A DNA stretch of 64,000 bases from the human T2T-CHM13v2.0 reference genome, Homo sapiens. Shown here in pieces: positions 46,877 to 60,729 of the stretch (positions within the stretch are counted from its first letter, which is position 1; the number at the start of each line of letters is the position of its first letter). The DNA lies in NCBI RefSeq assembly GCF_009914755.1, contig NC_060935.1. The stretch is one strand, 5' to 3'. The notes beneath the pieces were generated by a model. The model ran no database searches, had not been told where the DNA came from, and saw nothing but the letters and a program-made list of their open reading frames with translations. The position numbers were made by a program, and so were the translations under genes.

Positions 46877-47384
46877 AAGGAAGAGAATGTTGTATTTGGC
46901 CACTCCTGGCATCTGTCCATCTGCTTCCCGATGGGTCCCAGGCTGGATACCTCCATGTGGGGTGGACGCAGCGACAGGAACTGAGGGGGCCCCCGGCCAA
47001 GGGCAGGACCAGCAGCCCTCCCGCATGGCAGCTCCCGCCTGCTGCAAATGCAAGAGGGAGGTTGATCTTGGAAGAACACACCTTTCCAACATGCATTCCC
47101 AGAGACAATGCAGATCTCAGCAAAGTCAGGGGTGAGGACAGTGCTGAAATCCATCTCCAGACCTGCCTGCTAAACCCCACAGTGTCACTGAGTCCCACTT
47201 TGCTGTGCTCATTTCATTGATTCCTTCCTTTATGCATTCAGCAAACAACAGCCCATGCCTTTTGCCAAGACCGACACCTGTGCCTCAGACAAACACGTGG
47301 AGAAGAAGGTGACTGCCTTTAAGATGACCCCAGCCTGGCAGGGACTATGAACAAGCAGGAAATTCATCAAAAGATCTCGTCAAA

Positions 47385-47682
<298 letters not shown>

Positions 47683-49264
47683 CACATCAAGAATGCTTTG
47701 AAGAAGCACACAAGGTACACACAAGCTTCATCCTGCTCAATGCCAGAATCCCGGTGTTGCTGGTCGGAGGCAGGGGCTGTCTAGGGGGGCTATAGGCTGG
47801 GGATAGGGCTGGACATGGGGCTGCTGGGCACACAGCCTGTTCTCCAGGAACAACAACAACAACAAAAACAAAAAACAAAAAACTGAACAACAAATCAGTC
47901 CACTGTAATCAGAAGGCTCATCGAAAAACACTCTGGAAAAATTAACTGACAACAAAAAATGTCTTCCCGGAAAAGATGAGGCTGGGCCCAATACAGGAAT
48001 TAAAACCAATCACTGCTGACCCCACACGGGTGCTGCCGAGGTTCAGCTGCTATATTTACAACAAGAGAATGATGCATATGTCACGAATTGGAGGCAACGC
48101 CACCTGCCACAGGCCCTCAGGGCTGAGTCCCCTCAAATTCAGTGGCCGACACCTCACAGTTTCGCTTCAGTCCAGCAGCAGACTGGGGAGCTGGGGCAAG
48201 GCAGAGTGCCCTGGGCTTTGAGTCCAGCATCGGGGTGGCCAGGACCCCCGAGAACCCTCTGACCCCCTGCCCTGCCACAGCAGGGCATACAGTGTTCAAG
48301 AACTCTGGAGCCGGAGCCAGACTTGGGTTTGAATCCTGCCCTGTCACTCCCTCATCATCACCTGTGATGGGTCATCCTATGTTCACCAAACCTCAGCTGT
48401 TCCATGTGCAAACTGACACTAATGCCATCTCCTTCCTCACACTGCTGAGCGTGGAAGGGGACCCTGGCATACAGTAAGTGCTCAAGAAGTGGCAGAGGTC
48501 ATTATTGAAACAGTCCTTGTTATTGTTCCCAGAGCTGTGTGGACCCCCAGAACTCGCATGCTGGTAGCCTGTGGCGGCAAGGGCAGCGTTTGGATCTCCT
48601 GTGCTTGGTGCCCCCTCAAACCCAGGACATTCAGTGTAAATGACTGTGAGCCTCAGGCTGGAAAGATCGTTTCCCTTCCCAGCTAGAAAGACTCATCCAT
48701 CAGGCTGTGTCAGACGCACCTGAGCCCTCCAGGGTGGTCAAAGGTAACGAAGCTTGTGTCCCAAGTGCAGCATTTAGGGCTTCCCAAGGCAAAGTGCCCA
48801 ATCAGGCTCTCTACTCTCCAAGTTCGTGGTGCATGGTAGCCACAGCTCACCTCTCCCAATACACAGGATCTCCAAGGGCCACCCTGCCATCCCTCAAGTT
48901 CCTCAGCCCATGTTTTCCCTCCTTCCTTCAGTTTGACAATAGGGGTGGAGCAACCACTTTGCAGGATGTCTCTGCTTAGGGGCTATGGAGAAGCATGGGA
49001 CCTGAACTCTGCACTCTTTGGGAAGAAGGATCAGATAGGATTCAAATCTGTTTCACCAACCACTAGGCTCCAGGCTTGAGCCTAACAAGCAGTTGCTCAA
49101 AATAACTTGGTAGATGTGTGTAACCCAGATAGATACCCTAACCCCACATGGTCCAGTCCTTGTTGGAAAGATTTTCAAGGAATCACAGTCCAGATACCAA
49201 ACAGATAGAAAACAGGGTTTCTGATCTTTAATAGTACTTCTCCAGTTATTAAAAGGAATCTAAC

Positions 49265-49624
<360 letters not shown>

Positions 49625-50314
49625 TAACTTAAAGCACAAAGCAATATCTTTTGGTAGCCCCAACTTTTATCATCTGTATGTAGAAGTAAGCCCCCAGTTT
49701 TCCTTCAAGTCTTGCCTGTGCATAACTTTTGTTCCTTCCGGCTTTCTGCCTAAGCTCCCTCTGTTTCTTTGTTTTCCTCTTTCCTCTAGAATCTGCATCA
49801 CAGAAGATATCCAGTTGGGCAAGACCCCGCCTCCCTGACAGGTGGCACAGGAGGGTGGTTGGAGCAGGAGGGTGGGAAGTGATACGTGGATCTTGGAAGA
49901 ACAGCCTGGCTCTACCACTCGCCGTGTGTCTGTGGGTATGTGAGTCCCCACTCTGTGCTGTGGCCTCCTCATGCAGAGAAAGGAGCTGATAAAAGTCACC
50001 GAGTTAAACTTAACACAAAGTGAGTTCATGTGTGTGAACTCTCTCAAAAACGGTGCTGGCACACAGTAGGTGCTCAAGCAGCGCAAGCATTTTACACAGT
50101 CACTGCCGTGGCTGTTCGGAGTCTTATTTGCAGTCTGTATCATGCTGCTCAGCAGTTAAGCTTTTGTTGGATCTGAGCTCTGTCTTAACAAAAGGGGTCA
50201 GGACCCCCTTCCCTCTGCGGTCCTTCTGCCCAGGCATGTGACGAAGGTGGTGAACTCAGCACTCACTGAACACCCGCCCATCCCACCCCGGATGGGGACT
50301 CTGGGGTGTGCATC

Positions 50315-50790
50315 AGCAGTTTCAAGAAACACAGAATGACCACCTGACCCAGCAATTCCACTCCTAGGTATGTACCCTAAGGAACTGAAAACGAAAACTG
50401 GTACAAAAACGTTTATGTCGACATTATTCACAACCATAAGTTAGAAACAGCCCAAGTGTCCCTGAACTAGTGAATGGATAAACTAATTGTGGTCTAACCA
50501 CATGGTGGAACGTTATTCACCCACAAACAGAAGGTAGTACGGACACATGCTACCATACGGATGAACCTAAAGCACACGATGCTGAAAGAAGCCAGACAAA
50601 AGGTTGCCTAGAGCATGATTCTGTGGGTGGAAAATGCCCGGAACAGGCAGACCCAAGACCCAGAGGGGATGAGTATTTGCCTGGGGCTGGGAGGGAGATG
50701 GAGAGTGAGTGCTAATGGGTTTGATGGTAAATTTTATGGTCTGTGTATTTTACCACAATAAAAAAGACATACCCAAGTGAAAAAAAAAGT
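50315..50790 (+). mobile_element. Old L1M 3' fragment
   Basis: gacccagcaattccactcctaggtatgtaccctaaggaactgaaaac. Confidence 0.8.
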
Positions 50791-52887
50791 GTATAAACAC
50801 ATGACAAAATGTATTACTAACAGACACATATAAAGAAGTAAAATTCCACAAAGATAAGCCTTGTTATGCGGACACTGTCTCCTGGTGGCAGCATCCCTGG
50901 TTTTTTCTTTGGCTTCTCTGCATTACCAATTTTATTTGTGTCTGACATGATTTACTCGAAACACAGTGAAATAATGCTAATGTAAAAGCTGGCTATCAGG
51001 CAGATATGGGGGTAAAGTTTACTCAAAATTTCCTAGGACCAGGGGTACAATTCCCCCTGTAAACCCCTCAGGATTCCAGTGGGCCTGGGGAGAGAAGGCT
51101 GGCACCTTCCAGGGAAGGGCTGGCTTCTCACGCTCTCTCTGATGTAAATGAATCCACCCCTCCACCTCCATCAGCTTTTCAAGTTCAGGCCCTGATGGAG
51201 AGGGGGAAGGGGTTTGGGAGGAAGGAGACCCTTGTCCAAGACGGAAGTTCTATCCTGGCTGTGCTCTCCTCAGTGGTGCCTTCCTTTCCTTAAGGAATAT
51301 TTATTGGTGGCCTGCCATGTGCTCGGCTCTGGGTGGTCCCTTATCTGATGGGGCATGTGCAGGAAGTGACTATGGCAGAGGGTTATGAGCGGGCATCACA
51401 GGCAACTTTCAGGGAGCAGATGCAGGAGGTGCCCTGGTAAAGCAGGTGGAGGAGGCAAAACTGTGGGCAAGTGTCTGGGGACAGGAGGGGTGTGGCACAT
51501 TCCGGAGACCAGAGAGAGTGTCCAATGGCGACGTTCATCTCCTCACTGGCCTGGCACACGTGCCATCTCCCCTTCTCACCCATATAACCCACTCCTCCAT
51601 CTGCAACCCCAGCCCTGAGGGTGCTGAAGGAGGTGCACATGCCCAGGACCGTCCCTGTCTATCTCCATGACCCCCTAGGTCCTGCCATGGAGACTGAACA
51701 CAAAGGAGATGCATGGGAAAGTCTGCTCCATGGGACCCATCTGAAGATCCTGGGGAGAGGGAAGTAGAGAACTTGCTGGTGGGTGGTTGATTTCATGAGA
51801 CCACAGCGGGGCTACCATTCTCAGGGCTCCACAGCATCAGCTCTAACTCCCCTTCTCATCCCACTCTGCTTACTGTTGGCGCACACACACCCTAATTCCC
51901 AGGGCTGACAAACTCCATCAATTAAAAGATCCTGTGGGGCACTTAGCACAGGGCCTTCCTCCAGTTCATTTGCCAGTCTAACCACTTGTATCATGAAACT
52001 CCCCACGAAAGGGCACCAAAGGCGAAGAGAAATCAGTACTAACAAGAGCCTGCTGAGAACACTGGGAGGTGGGCAGTGGGTGTATGGGAGGGAGGAGGGG
52101 GGCAGGTGGAGAGGACCCAGAGGCACCAATGGGTGCATCAGAGGACCTGGCGCCAGCAGCTTCCAACATGGAGATGTCAGCCCACTATGCCTCCTGCAGC
52201 CTTCGCTCCATGTAGCCTGGGGCTGGGTGTACAGCATCCACACACAGAAAAAGATGGCTGTTAAGATTACATCCCAATGATCTGGGACTTACCTGGAGCA
52301 TCAGACAGACACAGTGCAAAAGAAACAAGCTTTGGAGTCAGCTTAGATTCAGACCTCCCTGGAGGGCCCTGGGCAGGCTTCTTAATCTCTCTGAACTGTG
52401 CTGCATGCTGGAGATGTAGCAGAGACCTGGTCAGCAAACTCTCTGACCCACAGGGAATGTTCCCTGAGGGAGGTGGATAGTAAGTCAGTCACCTAACACG
52501 GGAGATGTATGATTCCTATGGTCATGGAAGCACACGGTGTGAGTGTGAGAGTCAGGGCAACCTGAGGGTGCCAAGAGGGGCCTCTCTGAGAAGGCATCAT
52601 GTGAGCTGAAACCTCAGTGGTGAGGGGAGTGGGGCTCAAAGCAGATGCAGATGGACATGGCAGGACATAGCAGATGCTCAACCATGTTGGCTCCTTGGCC
52701 CCTCCTTGTGGAAGAGATTTCTCCATCGAGTAGATGAGACTGTCACTAAGTAATGAGCCTCTATGCCCAGAAACTCCAAGGACACAGGGGACAGAAATGA
52801 AAGGTGCAGGGATGGAGGGAGGGGACATGCTGAGGGCTTTCTCCAGACTCCTGAGGAAGGCTGCATCCAATCCTCCCAGCTGTCTAG

Positions 52888-52980
52888 TTCAGCACCCTGC
52901 AGAGAGCCAGTGCCCTGGAGTGGTTCAGCACCCTGGAGAGAGACCATGCCACACAAGGGTTCAGCACCCTGGAGAGATCC
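52888..52980 (+). promoter_or_regulatory. Tandem cluster of three RE1/NRSE (REST-binding) motifs at a 36-bp period
   Basis: TTCAGCACCCTGCAGAG (52888), TTCAGCACCCTGGAGAG (52924), TTCAGCACCCTGGAGAG (52960). The last two match the RE1 consensus NTYAGMRCCNNRGMSAG perfectly; the first has one mismatch. Confidence 0.75.
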
Positions 52981-53964
52981 AGCAATGCTCTTGCTCTGTG
53001 CAGCTGTACAGCCACACACATTTGTACCTACTTCACTAACAACCCAGGCCCCCACTAGACCAGCCGGTCATGCCCAGCTTCATAGCATCTGATCACTCCC
53101 CAAATCCACCTTGAACATTCCTGACCCCCTAAGCTTTTGCTCAAGACCTTCCTCCTCAGTTCTGCCTGCAAAAACCTCACTTACCCATCAAAGCCTGGAG
53201 CCAACACCATCTTTCATGAAGCCCTTTTCCTGATTTACTTTGGGGCCTTCACCACACTCTGCTTTTTGCCTACCCCTTCTAGACTGTGTGTTCCTCAAGG
53301 AACTGTGTCTGATTCACGTCTTTCTTCCAGCCCAGTACCTGGGAGGCAGAATGTATGCTTCAGAAATGAATGAGTGAAGCTTCAGAAGTAATTTTTACAA
53401 TTGCCACCATTTGTTGAGAACTCATGATGCCAGAAACTGCTACATGCTTCACACACACTTTTATTTACAGTTCAAGAAACTGAGGCCAAGAAATGAGCAA
53501 CCTGCCCAAGTTCACACAGTTAGGAAGAGGCAGAGCCTGGATTCAAACCTGGATCATATGGCACAGCCTGTGCCCTTGACCGCGGCTCCTCTCTGCCTCT
53601 CTCCAACCCTGTGTGCTGCCATCTGCCAGTCCCATGGCATCTGAGCACAGCAGCCATGGTCCCCTGAAGTGATTCTGAATCTTTTTATAGCCTGAAATTG
53701 AAATCACTGATGCTTCAAATTAGAACCCCAAAATGAACGAGCCAAGACTTCAGATTTGCAGTTGCCGAGCTGCCCGCATCCACCTTCTCAGCAAGATTCC
53801 TGGGCCACTCCTCAGCCCGAACCACCTGTTCCCAGTCAATATGGAGGACAAAGAGAACGACCTCCCCAGGCCCAGAAGGCCACATGCAGAAAAGGGATCC
53901 AACCTCCCCGCCATCCAGGGCTCCCCACAGAGCAGTGGCCTCTGTCTGGGAGAAGAAAGACCAC

Positions 53965-54072
53965 AGTGCATTAAGCCTCAGAGAGCAGACCCCAATGCTG
54001 TTGGCCTCAGAGACTGAAGATCCCCAGTGCTATTAGCCTTAGAGAGTAAAGGCCCCCAATGCTATTACCCTT
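53965..54072. repeat. Degenerate ~29-32-bp minisatellite, ~3.5 copies
   Basis: Units a(g/a)tgct(a/g)ttagcctcagagag..ag.cccc. Confidence 0.75.
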
Positions 54073-54977
54073 GGTCAATGGATCCTGACGACACGGTGAG
54101 AAGCCACTGAGCTGCCAGGACAGAAACACCCCACACTCAAGAGGGATGCAGGACAGACCCTGTTTGTCTTTGGTGTGAATGCAATGAAATATTGGCCTTG
54201 ATGACCAAAGCACCAATGTGACCCTGGCTGAAGAATTCAGCAGTCACCCTGGGTTCCTGCTAACATCAGCTGGTGTTTGGTCTTTAACTTGGTTATTAAG
54301 TAGCCATTCAAAACCATCTAAATAAGAGTGGAAGAAATTTTGGGGATGGGGTGGAGAGTTCCTAGATTGGTCATCAGGTCCACCAGCAGGACATGTGACA
54401 AAGTCTCTCACAATACCCCAAAAGGAAAGCTAGAGAAATGTGAGCTGTGTGATGTGGCTGAACCACTAAACCCAAGGGATGCTGGCACCAGGCAAACCAC
54501 AACAGGGCTCTGGCCTTGGCCCTGGGATTTGCTGCTAGAGGGCAAAGTGGGCATCAGGAATAGGAATTCCAAGGTGATCTAAAAGCCAGACCCATGCCAA
54601 CAGAGAATTGTACAGGCTGGTAAGTGCTCTGGGAGCAGTGGTTTGAGCCAAAGGAGGAGATATGCCTGCCAGGGACTTTGGAGGCTGGCGGGTGGGGTGG
54701 GACAGGTACCTCTATTAGTGATGTTCCTCACAACAGAGGCACAAGGAAACCATGGCTCATGTACTCTTGGCTGGAAGTGTCCGACGTACTTGGCACATGG
54801 TGGGTGTGCCCTGTGACTGCTACATGCTTCAAATAATAGTGGTAACAAACATCAGTCATTATTATAATATTATTATCCCCGTTTGTTCAACTAATAGCCA
54901 CTGGTTTCCTCTTCTGAGTCAGGCATCATTAATGATGATGAAAGACAAGATGATAATCAATGACAAATACTGACTGA

Positions 54978-55268
54978 GGCCGGGTGGGGTGCATGCATCT
55001 TTAGTCCCAGTACTTCAGGAGGCTGAGGTGGGAGGATCATTTGAGGCCAGGAGTTTGAGACCAGCCCAGGCAACAAAGCAAGACTCTGGCTCTATAAAAA
55101 AGTACAAAAGTTAGCTACGTATGGTGGTGCGTGCCTGTAGTCTGAACTACTTGGAAGGCTGAGGTGGGAGGATCTTTTGAACCCAGGAGCTCAAGGCTAC
55201 AGTGAGCTGTGATTGTGCCATGCACTCCAGCCTGGGCAACAGAGCAAGATCCTGTCTCTAAAAAAGAA
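54978..55268 (+). mobile_element. AluJ
   Basis: J-type GGAGGATCATTTGAGGCCAGG and GGAGCTCAAGGCTACAGTGAGCTG. Confidence 0.9.
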
Positions 55269-55274
55269 AGTTGA

Positions 55275-55722
<448 letters not shown>

Positions 55723-55784
55723 GGACTTCATTTTCTTTCCTCCAAGTAATATTTAACTCTGAAGCTGTGGGGATTGACCCTTGA

Positions 55785-56382
<598 letters not shown>

Positions 56383-57144
56383 TTATGAGATACTCCCAGG
56401 GTCTCCGAGGAAAACACCAGGGCATCCCTCTTAGCATCCTGACTTAAATACAAACCACGAGTATAAAGAAGATCCACGCCCTCTCTCGTGCAAGTATTTA
56501 ATACGAGGAAAATGTAATTAGCAAACTCGAGCACCACTTTTCAAGGATGAAGGATACTGCCACCTGCTTTAACTGCAAGGGAAAACCTATTTGCAGAAAT
56601 TAACACAAAAATGAGATTGGCCACTTCAGGGCCAAGAAAACAATCACAAAAACCATAGGCGTCATCAGAGCCCTGCAGCAGGCGGGTAAGGAATGGCCCC
56701 GGGAAATTAATTAATGCCCAGGAAGGCTTTTTCCTCTGACAGCAAACAGCACTATCTGTGCCAAGGGGGCTGAACATTTGTCTCCTCTGTGAGATAACTT
56801 TCTTCTAAGACACAGTTTCCTATGTATGAAATGGATACTTTTCAAAATATGAATACTTCGATTCTAGGAAATCTGAGACAAACATCTGAAAGAAAGAGAA
56901 AATAACACAATCTCACCACCTAGGGGTTAATATTTCCTTTCCTTTTTGTTTTCTATTCTATGACTATACTGGGGAAAGATGGTATTAGATGATATTGTGC
57001 TGATCATTTTGATTCTGCCTTTCTCACTAAGTAGAATGTAACCTTTTCTGGTTGGTATTAAGAGCTCCTTGTAAACATCATTTTTAATGCTTTCTTATGA
57101 ATTCACAACAGATGTCCATTGCCACTGAACCATTCTCCTATTAG

Positions 57145-57545
<401 letters not shown>

Positions 57546-60500
57546 TAGATGTAAAATTCCTGGTTCAGCTTTATGGCTCTTGTTACATACTACCACATTG
57601 ATTGTGAAAACATTTATGGCAACTTAGGCTTTCCCCCAGCAACACATGAGTGCTGTCACCAGCAAGGAGTATAGTCACAAAAAAGTATTTGCTAATTTGA
57701 AAATAAAACAGTCACCGCACTGCTTTTCTTTTTACCTTTTGCCCATTTATACATAAAGCACATCAAAGTGTTGTTCAGGCATCTTTGAGCCATGACATTA
57801 CAGAGTCAGACAATGTGGGTTGGAATTCCACCTTCTCCACTCACCAGCTACATGGCCATGTAGTTACTGCACCTATGTACCTCAGTTTCCCCATCTGTAA
57901 AATGGGGAGGAACACACATGCTATATGGATGACTGTGAGGGTTAAGCGGAGCACTGCAGGGCTTGTAGGGTTTGGAGATCCAGCTCAGCTGCTATAAACA
58001 AGGACACAGCCTTCTTGGGACATTTGTTGCAAATGTTGTTTGCCCTCTGCCTGCCTGCTGTTGAGTTGAACTGTAAGGATGTCTCAGTTACAGGATATTT
58101 TAGATCACAAAAGTCATTCAAGAAACAACATTTAGGTTGTCAAACAAGGGGTTTGTGGAAGACAGTCCTAGTCTTAAGACTAGGAGATTAACGCAGCACC
58201 TGCTTGTGTTTGGGTCGAGGAGACTTTAGTTGGCAGGCCACATCAAGAGGCTGGAATGTCAACTTGCACTGGGCCAGTGGGTCATCACCTTGCCTGCCTG
58301 TTGGGACCCCCGGCATCACCACTGCAGCTTTCATGGATGCCCAGCTCTCGCCTCATGATTCTGATTCAGGGCGTGTGGGCTGGAGACGAGGTTTCTATAA
58401 CCCTCAGGTGACTGACGCCCAGCCAGGTTTCACTGAGTGAGACCTACAGTGAGCCCTGCATGACATCCAAGTGGCGTCCCCACCTCCACATCTCCTTACA
58501 CACTTGATGCACTACCGTCATCCAGGAACCACCCACATCCTCCTTAGCACATGTCGTGAACTTCAGAAGCAACCTGTGATCTCTCCAGCCCCATGTTGTG
58601 GGAGTGAAGGGGCCTAATAAGGGCCATCTCAAAGAGACAGCAGACAAAGTCTTCAGCAAACTCTTATGGCAGGCTCACTCTCCTTTGAAACTCTCTGGTC
58701 TCAGCTTCCTGACAAGCTCTAATCATTATGAAAACCAGTTTGGACTGGGTTTCCTGTTGTCACCAGAGGGACATGGGCCTCTGTCACTCCTGGCTGGTGG
58801 AGGCCCCATCCTCACCTCTGACCTGCATAGAAAGAAACACCTGCCCTGCTTCTCTCGGGGGCTGTCACTGCTCCAAGCCTCGGCTTCAGCCTCCCTCAGC
58901 AGGTCCCACGGGCATTCTCCGCAGGGGCATTCAACTTCCCGCCGCCCTGCCCCTCCCACGGCCTCTGAAATCTCTTTGGCTCCTTCTCCCCTGGGCTGGC
59001 TGACATTTCACAATCTGGGACGGCTTAGTGTCACTGTCTATCCTGGGAATTCCGGCACACTAGCTGATCTGAAATGGCAAATCGCACCATCCATGGGGCC
59101 ACTGTGATCAAATGTCCCTACCCGTGGGACATTCACTTATCTTTCACGTCCACCTCTGAGGTGAACCTTTTATTACCACACAGCTTGAGTGATAACATCT
59201 ATCTGTCTCATGAGACTCCCGATCTGGAGATAGCTCAAAGCCTTTGATTGTGGTTGGTAGGGTCAGGGGGTGGTCAACCAAGGAACAAAAACAACAGCAA
59301 AAGAACAAACTCTTCCCAAAAGCTTAGGTAGGAGAGAAATAAATTCTACAAGCTAAGTACCCAAGAAAGTCATGCACAGCAGGAAATCATGACAGGCACC
59401 AAGGCCGAGAGCCGGATGGCCACGTCGGGGCATTCTCACAAAGTTAACGAGGGAAAATGAAGTTCTAGAGATACCAAAGACATTAAAAGCCAACATTCAC
59501 TTCAAAGGGTGCCCATTGGTCCAAAAGTTCAAACCGCAGCATGCATTTTTAAAGAGAAAATAAAAATCTGTCACACTTTCGAGGTTCTTTCAAAATAGCA
59601 GAGAGAAAGGAAGGCTTGCCAAGGGCTGCTTGGGGTAAGGAAGACAGAATGCCTGCATTTTGGGCAGCTTTTCACGTGGAGACCTTGCACCTCACCGGGA
59701 GCTCAGAAACCCCACTGACTCCAGGACTGGCTGCTCACCAAAAAGAAAATTCACGTGAGACATGTGAGGCTATTTCACACCATCCCTCCAAGGTCAAAGC
59801 TCTTCACTAAAAATAGAGAAACATGGTCTGTTGGAACAAACACGCACCTATTATGCTATACAAGATTTTAATATTCCGGTGGCAAAATCCAGTCGCTAGG
59901 AACACAACTCAATGGAATTCTCAGTCTTAAGCCCCTAGAGGAGAATTTCTGAGTCCCAGAGGCAGCTGTGGACATGAACTGGGAGGAGCCAGGATCGTGC
60001 AAGGGTCCAGCTGCCTGCACCCCGCACCCTCATTAGTGTATGACTGGTGTGGAGCAGCCTCGTAGGGCTGTGGAGGGCCCAGTGCTCCTTGGGTTATCTG
60101 TGATAATCATAATGCAGGCGCAGCCCTAATGCATCTCAGGACCAGCCATTCCTAGAATACTGGAAGTCAGAGGTTACCCAGAATATAAAACCTGCCCCAA
60201 AATGGCAAATCTATTTGCATACCAGAGGTTAAAAGCAATGTCAGAGGAGGTGCTTAGAAACAGAAGTGTGGAAACTCTCAAAGCTCCAAATTTCCACAAA
60301 GGCTTCAAACCGACAGGACAGGTCCACCTTCTCAGCCCCACCCAGGTGAGCGCTGCAGCCACAGACAGCTACATCTTCTAACCCACTGAGGCTCCGCTCA
60401 CTGGGCAAGTGCAGGGCCCACACACGTGCCTCAGCAGGCCACGTTTCTCTTATTGATGAGGTTATCCAGGAAACAGTCCAATGAGCTGAACAACGGGGGT

Positions 60501-60656
60501 TGTTCTTGCATCTGCAGCCCTCTTTTATTATTGAAAATCAAGAACCAAGAGTGACCTATTTCAACACCCCCCCCACCCTGCCTGTCACACGTGCACACAC
60601 TCTTACACCACCTATAGACTTCAGCCCTGCTGCTAGGCCCAAGGCCACGCCCCCCC

Positions 60657-60658
<2 letters not shown>

Positions 60659-60703
<45 letters not shown>

Positions 60704-60729
60704 ACACACACACACAGACACACACACAC
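60659..60729. repeat. (CA)n microsatellite, ~35 units with 2 GA interruptions; reads (UG)n in SHANK2 pre-mRNA
   Basis: Direct reading. Confidence 0.97.

Noticed and set aside
51612-51630. Isolated RE1 left half-sites (also ~16626, ~39765, ~62940)
   Set aside because: No correctly spaced right half-site.
52887-52980. Repeat-spacer-repeat layout resembling a mini CRISPR array
   Set aside because: Human intronic context, no cas genes, and repeats (~19 bp) and spacers (~17 bp) are too short; better explained as tandem RE1 motifs.
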